Source of the DNA: Raillietiella orientalis
Taxonomy: Eukaryota
Assembly: GCA_036172245.1 (NCBI GenBank)
Contig: JAYWIR010000035.1
Span: 1,054,001-1,118,000, forward strand
Length of the DNA: 64,000 nt
Reading direction: 5' to 3'
Positions 13,684 to 26,544 of this stretch are shown piece by piece; within the stretch, counting starts at the first letter, position 1, and each line of letters starts with the position of its first letter. The notes below the pieces were generated by a model. That model was not told the origin of the DNA. It ran no database searches and was given only the letters and a program-made list of their open reading frames with translations. Position numbers and translations under genes: made by a program.

Positions 13684-16600
13684 ATGATAACTGTTATACG
13701 TAAACGAAAGAGGGATGATCGTTTGCAGTGTCTAACACCAAATTCAAATAAAAAAGATCAGATTACCGTGGATATAAGTTCTAAACATAAACGTTCAAAG
13801 CTGAGTTTATGTATTGATGAAAAACATAAAAAGGAGGAAGTCACCAAAAAGCAGAAAGTATGCAAAGTTTGGATTCCTGAAAGTTACAAACGATTTCAGC
13901 AATGTGAACATTGGGAAGTACATTCAGAAGCATCACTGCAGATGGGAGTTCCTTTAATGGCTGTACAAAATTTTTCAAAATTACTGGATGATAACTGTAC
14001 AGTTCCCTTTATTGCAAGATACAGACAAGAAATGGTGAATAACATCACCTGTACTGACCTATGGAAATTGAAAGAGTGTTTGAATAATTTGAAGTAATGA
14101 TTTTTAGAAAGTTATAATATTTAGGCAGACAAAATGTTATAAAGTACTAGTTTACTTATCAAAACTGTATGCATTATTTGAATTGTAAGAACTTAAATTT
14201 GAGAAGTATAAGCAAGAGCTAAAAGTATTTATGTGAAAAAAAAAACTGTTTCGTAACATTTTATAGGATAGGTATTTGTTTTTTACATTGATGCGTTCAA
14301 TCTGTAATGTACTTTAAAAAAAAATGACTAATATTTGATTGCCGTGCTGCTTATGGATATAATGATCCTTCTGTTCATTAGGGAAACAAAGAGTGCCTCT
14401 ATCAAAATTCTTGAATCAGTGGATAAGAAAAAATTGGATTGCACAATTGAATGGCAAGAGGCTGTTTCATCTGCCAAAACACTCCAAGAACTTGAAATTC
14501 TTGTAGGTGTTTTGGGCATTAACACTTATGTAATTTCCAGTAAAGTATGAGCCTTATAGATCCAAGAAAACAAGCTTAGCTGAACGTGCTTGTAAATTAG
14601 GTTTAGAGGAAGTAGCTAAAAATATTCTCATTGATTCTGATATACCCAGCATCAGTGCACTTCAGAAAATTTCCCATCTTAAGAAAGTACAGTCAGTTGA
14701 TGAAATATGGACTGGAGTACAACACATCATTGCAGACATCATTAGCAAACATTTGGATGTCCTGGAATTCATTCGAGAAAAGTTCGAGTTACTCTTGTAA
14801 TGATGCATACTCATTGTAGTGGTTTAAAGGACCAACATTCCTGATATAATGCTGACCACAGAAAAGATCAAATCTAAACGGGTTCCTAATGCTGCAAAGA
14901 CATGTACAGAGAAGGAAGAGCTGAAGTTCGATTTATATCAAAATTTTTCATCATCTTTGAATAATTTGAAAACTCATCAAGTATGTTTGGGATGTTGCTG
15001 ATGAATTATTTTGTTGGCATTAAGGTTTTAGCAATTAATCGTGGAGAGCGTCTCAAGATACTGAGAGTCTCACTTAAACTGCCTAGTTATGTCAATTTTC
15101 AGTTTGAAGCACTTTGCTCTCAGTTGTGGCTGCAACCTCCTTGTAGTTTCAGGAAAGTCTCATTTCTGAAAAAGTGCATTGCAGATGCTTTTACCCGTTT
15201 AGGTAAGTGACTGACTATGAAATGAGACTAATGCCTTTACAGTGAAACGCAGTCTTTTGCGTAGTGTACGCTCACATTTAACTCGCAATGCAGAGCATGC
15301 ATCCTGTGAAATATTCTGTCAGAATCTCCGAAATTTGCTGCTGATGTCACCTGTCAAAGGAAAGACAATTTTAGGAATCGATCCTGGTATGGATATTCAG
15401 TTTTTAGTGTCATTTGTGGTTCAGGATTTTCCCATGGATGCAAATTAGCTGTTATCAATTCATCTGGGGCTGTGTTACATACAGATACTATTTTTGTTCA
15501 TAACAAAGATTCTAAACAGCAAGATGCTGTCTTGGTTTTGCATAATATCTTGCAGAATTTTCAGTGAGTATTTTGCAGGTTTTCTGTGTATGTATGTTCA
15601 TTTAGATGTGAAACCATTGCTTTAGGTACAGGACATGGCTGTAGACTTGCTGAGCAATTCTTAGCAGCTTGTATTTGCAACAACAAGTTTCATCCTTTAA
15701 ATGTAGTGTATTCTTTAGTATCAGAAGAAGGTTCTTCCATTTATTCCTGTTCACCCCAAGCCCAAGCTGAATTTCCTACACTGTCACCATGCCACATCAG
15801 TGCTGGTAAGTGGGTCACTTTGCGATTGTTTATTGTGTTCTCAGTTAGCATTGCTCGCCGACTACAGGACCCATTGGCTGAACTGATTAAAATCGATCCA
15901 TGGCATCTTGGTGTTGGCATGTATCAACATGATCTTCCCAAACAACAACTTCGAGAATGTTTGGAAGACGTTGTAACTGAGTGTGTTAGTCTAATAGGTG
16001 TAGACTTAAATACAGCATCAGAACATTTATTTAGGTAGGAAAAGATGATATGCACCTATGCTTATGTAATACTCATTTAGAAAAGTAGCAGGTTTGAATG
16101 CTAGTAGGGCCAAAAGTATTGTGGCTTTTCGCAGTTTGCATGGAAAATTTTACAGTCGTTCCCAGCTATTAACTGTCAAGGGAATAGGATCCAAATCATA
16201 TGAGCAGTGTGTGGGCTTTATTAGAATTTTGCCAGATTCTCTGTAAGCATATTGAAATTATGCGTGTTTCATTATGAGACTTATTCAGTAATGATTTTTC
16301 ACAAGATAAAAATCATACTAAAAAAGATAAGCATGGAAAGGAATTAGAGGTGAATCCATTGGATAGAACTTTTATCCATCCAGAATCCTATGCTCTGGCG
16401 AAAAGGTAGTCTTCAAGTAATTTTGCTATTACCATACTCTGTTTTCAGAATTCTGGAAGTGTTGAATTTGAATACCTTGGAGATTGGTCTCGCAGCATTT
16501 GCAAAAAAAGTAAAAACTTTTGCACAATTCCATGGTAAGACAAGCAAAATTTCCTACATTTTTCCTACATTTGTTTCAGATACTGCTAAGATGGCACAAC

Positions 16601-17044
16601 AGTTAAAAGCTAGTGAAAATGACGTTCGTTTTATTATGACATGCTTATCACAATCCTTTAACTATGATCCTCGTACCAACTTTTGTCAGCGAAGATTCCA
16701 TACTGATGTTATTCAAGCAAAGCAATTGAAAGAGGACATGGAACTCACGGGTAGCTATCTAATCAGGTTCTTGTGTATTATGTTTTTTTAGGTGTTGTAA
16801 AAAATGTCACAAGTTTTGGCACTTTTGTGGACATTGGTATTGAGTTTGATGGACTCATACACAAATCTAAAATTCCATATGCTTTATCAATTGGTTAGTA
16901 AAAGTGTTTTTATGTGCAATGAAGTCTCATGTAATTTCAGGTGACTCTCTTACAGTGAAAGTATTGTTCATAGACTTGAAGAAACAGCATGTTCATCTTG
17001 GTGTGAGCAAAATACATCAACAGTGCAAATTTTTGCTTGCATGA
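13684..17044 (+). CDS. SRBD1: S1 RNA-binding domain-containing protein 1 (Tex/SRBD1 family), multi-exon
   Basis: Tex motifs in successive exons: LLDDNCTVPFIARYRQE, YEPYRSKKTSLAERACKLGLE, VLAINRGE, ILGIDPG, VSEEGSSIYS, VSIARRLQDPLAELIKIDPWHLGVGMYQHD, GVDLNTAS, HhH (KGIGSKSYEQCVGFIRI), NPLDRTFIHPESY and S1 (GVVKNVTSFGTFVDIG). Exons are joined mostly by short GT-AG introns, e.g. 14503-14545. Stop TGA at 17042-17044. Confidence 0.95.
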
Positions 17045-19316
17045 TAATAGTTAAATGCTGAGATTAACAAAAAAAGAATAGTGGAGAATATAAGATTTCA
17101 AAGAACACCAGATTCATGGTTTTTATTTAAATTGATGAAGTTGGTTGTACATATGTGTACAGCTTTTAAGCTGATCTCTGTATGGAATACATTCCATTTT
17201 TACTGTATGGTAAGTCACATGAAAGTGCAAGTCAGGATAAGGTTAGCATTGATGCAAAATTCAAACACACTGTTGCAGTTTGATAATACAAGGTGCATTC
17301 TCGACAACTGCTACTGTTAAAAAATTTGACATTTGCAGTATTCAGATATTGCTTACTAAATCAGCCAAAAACTATGATCTACTCTAATAGTTAGCAAGGG
17401 ATGAGGAAGGAAGGGCTAAGTGTAAAAACATGTGTATATTATTCATTGAATACAGAAAACAATGTAAAAAAACGTAATTCATTAAATTAGATAAATGAAC
17501 TATTCCAAAAATTGTGAACACAAATCATTTAACAGACAGCTGATACAAGAATTCTTTTTCCTACAAAGATTGTACACAAATTCAAAACTTTTTTATGGAT
17601 TCTAAAAGACTGCAAAACAGCATATACTCTGCAACTGGTACTCATACTACTGATGCACACATTTGTAATGTAGTGATTTTACATGTTTGTTTTGTTTTGC
17701 TTATAATTTAAACCAATAAACACAGAAATGAATCACTTCATTACAGTAAACATCTATATTATACATTCAACAGACAGCATTTTATTGAAGAAGACCCAAT
17801 ATTCAGCAGTAAAGATGCGTTGATCAACGAATCCAGTTCAAATAATTAAATTCTGCACCAAAGTATGGGTTACTCATTCAGTTGTTGGTCCACAAAAGTT
17901 TCTGCTACTTTGAGAAGAAAAAAATTTACGAACTCAACAACGGATCTTTATTTATTATGGCTGCGTAATCATTTGGAATTGGAATCGTTCTATCAATTTA
18001 TTTGGGCTTTAATTAAACTGGGGATGAGTAAAACTCCCTACTCAGATGGTAGGTAGTGAAACCTTAACGGTAAAATTGAGGAATTACAGTTAAGTGCCTT
18101 TCCATTTAATTTTCAAACTCCCAGTTTCCAGTTTTAGTTACAATAACAAAAATTCATTGTGAATGAAGAATCAAAAAGAGAATGCGGGGACATATCCCGA
18201 ATTGCTTTAGCATGTCGTTCATCTGTGCCTTATGATTTTGAATTATCGATTACGATGGGCGACTTCTCACAAAGCAACCCACGCGTTCCGTTAAAAGCGT
18301 GCTCGAGTTTTACTGGTTAGTCACGAAGAAAGGATGAAAGACCCCCTTTGTATTTTCATATTACGACAAAGTCATATCTAAAATTGTATTTTTACTTTAA
18401 TTTTTCATGAAATGTGGTATCTTTTACGTATGATGTGGATCTAAAACAATATAAACATATTAGCATTCATTACATTGCTGAAATTTTTTATAAGTGAGAT
18501 CATTCCAATTTGAATTTCAGAAATTCAAACTGCATGCATTGCTTTGATAAAAATTCATTTCGGTGTAATGGGATAAAATTTTATTAGACTTCATTACAGC
18601 AGAATAGATGGAAGTAGAAGAAAGAAAGGCAATAACGAATGTTTTGTAAACGTTTTTTTTTTTTTGATGCTTTGAAAAATTTGAAAAATATGCTCATGTA
18701 TTAGAGTGAATATTATATATTTTTTTTGTGCGAATTGAAATAATATGTGAGATATAAATTAAAAGTATAAAAACAAGGTGCAGAACAAGGTTATTATAAT
18801 ATCAAAATTCATTCTACTAAAATAAGCTGAAGCTTCATACAATAGGTGGTATGCGTGTTGGCGAACTACTCGCCCTTGTTTCTGTTGGGAGTATATTTCA
18901 AGTTTTTTTGAAACGGTAATGGGGAACTCTACATGTATTTGTTTGATTTGAATTGAAAGTGTTTGTTTGTGCCAATAGAGTTAATCATTGAAAAATAAGC
19001 ACCTTTTATCTTTGATCTCAGTGTTTAAGCCCAATATTTGAATGTTTTGATTAATTTTTTGATTTCGTTTACTAGGGCAGTTTAATTTAATTTTTTTTTT
19101 CATTTTAATGCCTCATTGTAATGTGTTGAAAGTATATTTTAGCATTTGAAAGTTAATTTTCATTTGAGAGCCAATATTAAGTTTAATTGTGACTTCTATC
19201 AGTACCCAGTAATTATTTGTTCAGTATTTAAGTTCAGAAGTATCAGTAATTATTCCTTTATGGTATAAGTTAGGTACATGATCACATGTAGAATATTAGA
19301 ATGATAAGCAAAAATA

Positions 19317-19991
19317 ATGAGTGGCACGGTGTATCACTGCCCTAAAAGTGCTTGTGAAGCTAATTTCCGAACTCGTTCAGGGTTGATAAATCATTTGCGA
19401 CATCATCGTACTGAAAGACCATTAGAGTGTGAACATTGTCAAAAACAGTTTTCCTGGTGGGGACATCTAGTAAGTCATGTTCAGTTAGTTCATGGCGATT
19501 TAGAACAGTCAGTCAATCTGTATAGTTGTGAAATATGTAAATTGAAATTTAAAGATATTGAAACATTTAAGCAACATATTCATACAGGATACCAGGCATC
19601 AGGAGAAAGCGAAACCATGACTCAATATAAATGTGATGTATGTCAGGCCTTGTTTCGTACTCTTTCTCTGTTGAATACACATAAAACTAAAGAACACATC
19701 ATGGAAGATAATCAGTTGAAATGTCCTATGTGTACTAAAGTGTTCCATCGGAAATATAATCTCATAAGACATTTAGAGACCCATGATAAAAATGAAGATC
19801 CTGAACGCTATTATCAGTTTAGTTGTCATATATGTGGTGCTAGTTTTTATCGTAAAGATCATTTAAAAAGACATTTAATAATTCATCAGAATGTAAAGCC
19901 TTATGAGTGTAATATTTGTAAAAAAACATTTAGGAGAAATGATAGTTTAGCCAAACATTTAAAACGGCATCAAGTTTTGTGCAGCAAATGA
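19317..19991 (+). CDS. Intronless C2H2 zinc-finger protein, 224 aa, ~7 fingers
   Basis: Repeated CxxC-x12-HxxxH units (e.g. CPMCTKVFHRKYNLIRHLETH, CHICGASFYRKDHLKRHLIIH) with KPYEC/RPLEC linkers. AATAAA signals at ~20094 and ~20109. Confidence 0.92.
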   Translation: MSGTVYHCPKSACEANFRTRSGLINHLRHHRTERPLECEHCQKQFSWWGHLVSHVQLVHGDLEQSVNLYSCEICKLKFKDIETFKQHIHTGYQASGESETMTQYKCDVCQALFRTLSLLNTHKTKEHIMEDNQLKCPMCTKVFHRKYNLIRHLETHDKNEDPERYYQFSCHICGASFYRKDHLKRHLIIHQNVKPYECNICKKTFRRNDSLAKHLKRHQVLCSK

Positions 19992-20319
19992 TAGCAAATA
20001 CCCCTGCATAAAATATTCAAATACATTAACAACAAAATGAAGGAATAATTATTTAAAAGTAACCTATTTTAATAGTAAAAATTCACTGTATGAAATAAAA
20101 TTCCAGTAAATAAACTTTGTTTTTGTACATTTATTAAGCTGAAGCAGAAGTTTTTAAAAATTGCATTCTCAGTGAAGTAGTTATAAGCATTTTAAAAATT
20201 TATCTCTGAAATATGCAAAAAATGTTAATATTAAATTCTTCTTAATGTAGAGGAGTTTCAGAGTGAAATTTTTTGAATAATATACCCTAATTTTTATTAT
20301 ATCAATTTTGTGCCAGGCA

Positions 20320-21652
20320 ATGGTAAGAAATGCTTTATAAGTTTGGCCCTTCAAATTACATTTCAGTCACTTACTTTACATACAGATTTAGGAGATTTAA
20401 AGTTGGAATTATTTTGTGAGCAGTGTCCTAAATCATGTGAGGTATGGAATGTTATTTTGTACACTTTAAAAATATGCTTTTGTATGCATAGAATTTTTTA
20501 GCTTTATGTGCAAGTAATTATTATGATGGATCTCTTTTTCATCGTAATATTAAAGGTTTTATGATTCAAACAGGAGATCCAACAGGTACTGGCAAACGTG
20601 GTACATCTATCTGGAATAGAAAGTTTGAGGATGAAATACGCGAAGATTTAAAGGTATATGTTCATAATTTTAGATGGAAATAACAGTCTCCTAGCATGAT
20701 CAACGAGGTATTGTATCTATGGCCAATAGTGGTCCCAATACAAATGGCTCCCAATTCTTTATAACATATGCTAAACAACCTCATCTGGATTTGAAATATA
20801 CTATCTTTGGAAAGTACGTATTTGCCAATGCAAATATTTAAAAATATCAAAAACATTTGAAAGTTCAAATATTTCTTTCGACTTTTCATTCCATTTAGTA
20901 TAATAAGCATTTGATGGTTTCTTCATGGTAACTCTAGTAAATCATTCTCCAGGCCATAATTAAAAATCGAAGCAAACTAAAGAATCTGATGCAAAAACTA
21001 AAATAATTTATATGTTCATTTAGCTTTGGAAGCTTTTTTTTTGTTTTTTGTTTCAAAGGCTATTATAAGTTTTATGATGAAGATTCTTTTTCAATCATTA
21101 ACCTCATTTCTGGACAGTAAGAACTTCTTGTGACCACTTTTTTATTTGTTAATTACCATTCACAGTTAAAACAGCCATAAGTATTCCTTCTGTGAGCATG
21201 GGTTAGAACTCTGAGAAACATAGCCAACTTTTTGGAACATGAAAATATAAAAAATCGTGTCTCAATTTTGGTACATTTGATTAGTTCAATTCATATTTTT
21301 TATACCTTTAGACCATAAGCTTGAATATCGGTAACCTCAACCTTTAGTTTCTCTATCTTACTCAGTTATTTAATATCAAATTGTTTATCCTGTAAATAAA
21401 TTTGCTGCGAATACGGGAATTTTTTCATTTTATTTCATTTGTGTGAAGATGCATAGAGACTGCTAGCAAAAGAATTTCACACCGAGATTTGTGTTTTGGA
21501 AGGAAATAAATTAAGTATTTGTTAGGTTAATAGATGGAATGGAAGTACTAGATGAACTTGAGAAGGTACCTGTAAATACGAAAACCTATCAGCCATTAAC
21601 TGACATACGGATCAAAAGTGTCACAATACATGCCAATCCAATAGCAAAATGA
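20320..21652 (+). CDS. PPIL3: Peptidyl-prolyl cis-trans isomerase-like 3 (cyclophilin), 161 aa, 5 coding exons
   Basis: Exons 20320-20322 (ATG), 20367-20441, 20492-20653, 20695-20813 and 21526-21652 sum to 486 nt: [37 protein letters not shown]...[19 protein letters not shown]...[22 protein letters not shown]...TIHANPIAK. All introns are GT-AG. Confidence 0.95.
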
Positions 21653-23899
21653 TTATCTTCCCTTGAAATATTTAGTAAGGTGAAAATTTTTCTTTGAATT
21701 ATTATGTATGCAATTTTTGTGAAGAGAAAGCAGGACACTGCAGCCATTTTAAATTGTTCATCATTATTTCAGCATTGATTTAAACTTTCATGTTGTTTAA
21801 AGCTTACTTTACTGTAGCATGAATTGTATCTTTATTTTTAGATGTCTATCACCAGGTGATGCTCCTATGGCTGAATTCATCATTTTGTAACCACAATTAT
21901 GAATCTTGATTGTGGATGTGCTGAAGTGGTGAATTTCTTAAATTCAGCATTCACATGTGTATGATTTGTTGCACGATTTATTGCATTCGAAATAAAAGTG
22001 ACTTGAAAATACTTGAAAGTAAACCTTCTATATGTATGTATTTTTTTCTTAATTTTTTTTCCATGACTGAAGTTACTAAAATTTTGAGAATTTGAACTTT
22101 TAAGTGATGTGAAGTTTATCAAACGGATTTTTTTAAATTGGAACCAGTATGACAGTCTGCATGCCTTTTTTTAATTCAGCAGTTCATATAGTTCATAAAT
22201 AGGAAATATTGTTTTGGCATCAGATGAAACTTTTTCCTTTGTATTTTCTATTTTTTGATAACTAAGAAAAGTTCGTTTGTTTCTCATAGGAAACTTGTGC
22301 ATTTAAAATCTTTTGTGCTTGGAACATTTCAAATATTATCCTAAGCAGTGCAGAAGCAGCACAGGTTCAAAGAGGAGAATTAAGATTAGTAGTATCAATA
22401 GTAGTAGTGTGTTCTTAAATAGAATTTCGAGCCAAAAAAGGGATAAAGGAAAAATATCTGTTTTAGCATGTTTCATAAAAACATTCATCTAAATGTGGTG
22501 CTTCACTGATCATGCTTTAAGATTAATATTTCCAAAGCAATGGATGAAAGAGTCCAAAACAAAAGCTATGATTGCTTCAATGGAAGATTTATTGTCTCTG
22601 TATCTGTTTTCCGAATTCAATGTAGTTCACTCAGTAATAAGCAGTTTCTTCCATCATTTTGCTTCTCATAATCCTGGAAAACCCAGTTTCCGTAAAAAAC
22701 AAAAGTGACTCCACAAATCAAAAACGAGGCTTTACAAATTGCAAAACATTTCCATACAAATACTTGACAAATAAAATTACCACCTACATGCAACATTCCA
22801 ACATGTATGTGCTACATATTATATGCAGCCTTTCCTTATGCATTGTGTGCATTCAGTACATATGTAGCACACATTGCATACTAGGTCATACATCCATTCA
22901 AGCTATTTTTTAACGGATGCTTGTCATAACTGTATATAATAATAACTGTTTTGTGATGGGTAGTCTTGGGAAGTGGCCCCAAAAAGTTCACTTATTCTAA
23001 GAAGTCTTCAATTCTGAGAATCTGCCCACTTTAAAATTTTAACACTTTACATATTTAAATGAAAAATACTTGAAATTGGTAATGTGTCCCTTCTTTGATA
23101 GTGCATAAAATCACACACATGAAAACATGCATTATTATTGAACTGTTCAACTGCTGATTTCTGAAGCTTGATTTGAAACTAAGATGTGGATGTGCATTGC
23201 TCCCTTGCTTGATACGTTATCTCATATTTGCATAATAAATTGTATTAGAATACTGGAAAATGAACACAATCACAATCTTAGATTTCTTAAAAATCTAAAT
23301 GAAGCCAGTTTGATGTGCAAGTGATCTTGTAGTTTGTCAAGGCAAGCGTTGAAAATGAAAACCAAACAGGCACTCTTATTGAAAGTTACTACATGGAAGG
23401 ACAAGAGTTTTGCAAGGATACAAAAATCCAATTAAGTCAGCACATTTAAGAACTTCATTACACTAGGAATTCCCACAGAAAATATATGTTCAGATATAGA
23501 TAAAAAATGCATCGCTTTATTCCAGAAACATGGTTAAATTTAACCTAGACAAAAAAGAAAGTGATTTCTATGCTTACATGAACACATGTTGGTGACGAAA
23601 TTTTCCAACTTTTTTTTTTTTTTCCAAAGGAGTTGTTCCTAACATTATATGATCAATTATCATGAGGTAATGGTTGTTAGCAATCAAAGATGCATTCCAT
23701 TCTCAAGACATGATAAAATAAATGAATCAGTTATGGTAGCTAATGAATTCTTTGTACTGATGAACAACAATGTGGATGTTATTCTGACGAGATTTGCAGC
23801 ATCACCCAGTGTTAATATTTTATTTGGTGTCTCATGTTTCATGTATTAAAGGGATGCAAGGTCAGGAATATAGTGTTACTTACGTTATTGGAAACTTTA

Positions 23900-24480
23900 A
23901 AATCTATAGGATTCACAGAGCATGAAAACAAAATTATCAAGAGACCAAGCTGGTTTTCTTGTATTGAAATCTCGCAATTCACGTTAAAATCGCGAGTGGC
24001 TATTCTAGTGAATGGCCACTCATTGCTTTATTCCACAAAAAAAAAATAAATAAAGATCTGGAATATGGAAGTGCCATCCAACTTTCTTTTGAGAACAAGG
24101 AAACTGATGAATGGGTAGTATAAGGTGTCCTTATCAATTGCAGAGCCACATTTGGATTACAATAAAGCTGAAAGGGTTCATCAGTTATAGAAAGGTTTTA
24201 CAGCAACCAATTAGCAGAAATCCACATGCACGTACATTGTGGGAAGTAAGGTACGTACTTTTTATGTAAAGTACTTTTTTCCTTTAGTTTTCCGTAATTT
24301 TCTCTGAACTTTTGTAATGAAGCAGTGAGTCACACCACCTGAACCCAAATTTCCCTGAATGCTAGTTTACAAACTGATGATAACATGATCTGCACTGATT
24401 GCATAACATGGTGTTTTGACCCCATAGCATGCAACAAAGTCGCTTTCAAGCCGATTTTCCGTTGTCTCAATCACACGATA
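23900..24480 (-). mobile_element. Possible decayed LINE APE endonuclease fragment
   Basis: Minus-strand IETTENRL (cf. ITETWL) followed by IATRDFNVN (cf. LGDFNVD) in the expected order. Confidence 0.25.
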
Positions 24481-26526
24481 CCTTTGAAGAATAATATCAT
24501 ATAAATTAGATGTACAGAAATCCTCTCAATGGGTGTCACAAAATCGAAAGGGAATCCTGAGAAACTGAAAACTTTATCTCCTCCTTCATGTAATTTTATG
24601 AAAATGCCAAGATCAAATGTGATTTCATCGTTGCATTTCAGTCAAGACACCAAACAAACAACCCTTTCATCTGGTAGTTTGCCACTTGTTATGCACACAA
24701 ATGATCGTTAGTGATGTGTGAATGCCACTGCGGAACGGAGTGCTTCGTAAAATACGCTTTGTGCTCGTCTCCGGTGCATCCTATTGTTTCTATGCAAAGA
24801 TATATTCATGTGTGACTACTTCACAAAAGGCCTCCAATTCATAAAGGAACGTGGAAATACGGCATGCAAACAACGGAAGTGTGAATCATCGGTATGAACT
24901 CCACAATTAACTGCAAACCGAACGCTGCTCGACATGAAATTTTACAAGCAACTTGCATTGCCAGACATGATAGAGAGTCCAAAGAGCCTCTTTCCCTTAA
25001 GAAACTCCAGCAAGCTACCAAAAGAATGCCTACTGCAGGATTCAAGAAGAGGAATCTGTTCCAAATATGGAAACCTCCCAATCGATGAAAAGAAATAAAA
25101 CAAAATGCAAAACTCCTGAAAAGAAATAACTTTAAGGCTTATACCAGACTACAAAGTATCTGGAACTAGCGGTACCATTGCAACTGCCCCCTTCCGCTTC
25201 TTCTGCGGAGAACGAAGAGGCCTCTTGCACAACACCAAAAGGAAAACGGACGTGGAAAACCCGAGGAAGCAACACTAAGCGTTTGCTCAAACACTTAGTG
25301 TTCCTTGGGCCGAACCAGTCTGGCTGCTTGGCAGCAATCCTCCAGCAGTGGTGGTGATCCCGTCAACCAGAAGGGAGCAAGGGAGCGATTTGTACTTGAG
25401 GCCTCTTTGTAGGACTGAAAACGAAAGCATCAAAGTTTTCCCGAACTGGCTACACAAAAAATCTCCTACGTTTTTAGCAAGTAACTGTTTTCAATAAAAC
25501 TGCCTTCCAGGTGGAGATCACGGCAACTGCCAACAAAAATTACCGATACTCAAATATCGACATGTGCATTTGAAGATTGCATATTTTGTCCCTGAATTCA
25601 AAATCTTGAATATTAATATTTCATCAGTTCAATATATAATCACACGCTTGACATTCAAAATAGTGAATGTTAAACTATAATTCAACCGTTCTTTAATTTG
25701 ATACTATTTGGAATAGAAACTATAAAGACAAGTTAAAATGCTGTGTATTTCTCCTGAGCTTAATTGTAGAAATACTTGAAAACAGACTTGATGGGAAGAA
25801 TGTGAACTTTCTATAGGAGTATTCTACTGAAAATTTCGAACTTTCATTAGTTGTTCTTCCGATACATTGCCCCAGGTTTCTCTCGTTGTTGTTGGCTGGT
25901 GTTTATGACCTGATCAAGAGAGTGATCCGGAACAATAAATACAAATTACCACGCAAAGTGCTTGAAATATTCGTTTTTTCCCATGTATTCTTCCTTTTAG
26001 ATGAAAAAAAAAATGTGAAACGAAAAATGTGAAACGTGCTATCGCGAAAACAGAAAGCACAGCTCTGCAGCTTCCTATCCGGCTTCCTATCCACTCTGCA
26101 GCTTCCAGCAATCACTTAAATAACAGTTAGATTGCCGAGATTCCTGGACAGGAAGCTGAAGTCGACGTTTATATTACGCTTGCATATCCTGAGCATCCAT
26201 TTATTATAGAAGGTTATCTACTCAGGAAAGAATAAATTTTTCTCTCCAAATACCGGACTTTAATAATAAAAAAAAAATGGATGCCGTAGTTAGGAGGAAA
26301 TAAGTTTTAGTCAGATTGTGTTTCGTACTATAAACTGATTTCAGATGTCTGAGAACAGGATGTCGAGAGCCTCTCAGGAAAGGAAGCACCTGTGCTCTCA
26401 AGAGTTACAGACAGCATGCCAGACAAACGCCGTCAACCAGAAAAAAGTAGTGCAATCAGCAATCCATGCAAGAGCAAATGTTGCATGAGCCACATCTAGG
26501 AGACCATTCAATTACGACCATCTGCA

Positions 26527-26544
26527 TGGCGCCATCTGGTGGCA
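26527..26544 (-). promoter_or_regulatory. Candidate CTCF insulator binding site
   Basis: The minus strand reads TGCCACCAGATGGCGCCA, a near-consensus CTCF core (CCASYAGRKGGCRS). Confidence 0.45.

Noticed and set aside
18330..18347. RNase MRP motif (GAAAGACCCC)
   Set aside because: Imperfect match, and the downstream conserved regions are absent.
21841..21890. Alternative terminal exon for PPIL3
   Set aside because: An acceptor-like site exists, but using it would remove conserved cyclophilin sequence, and there is no other support.
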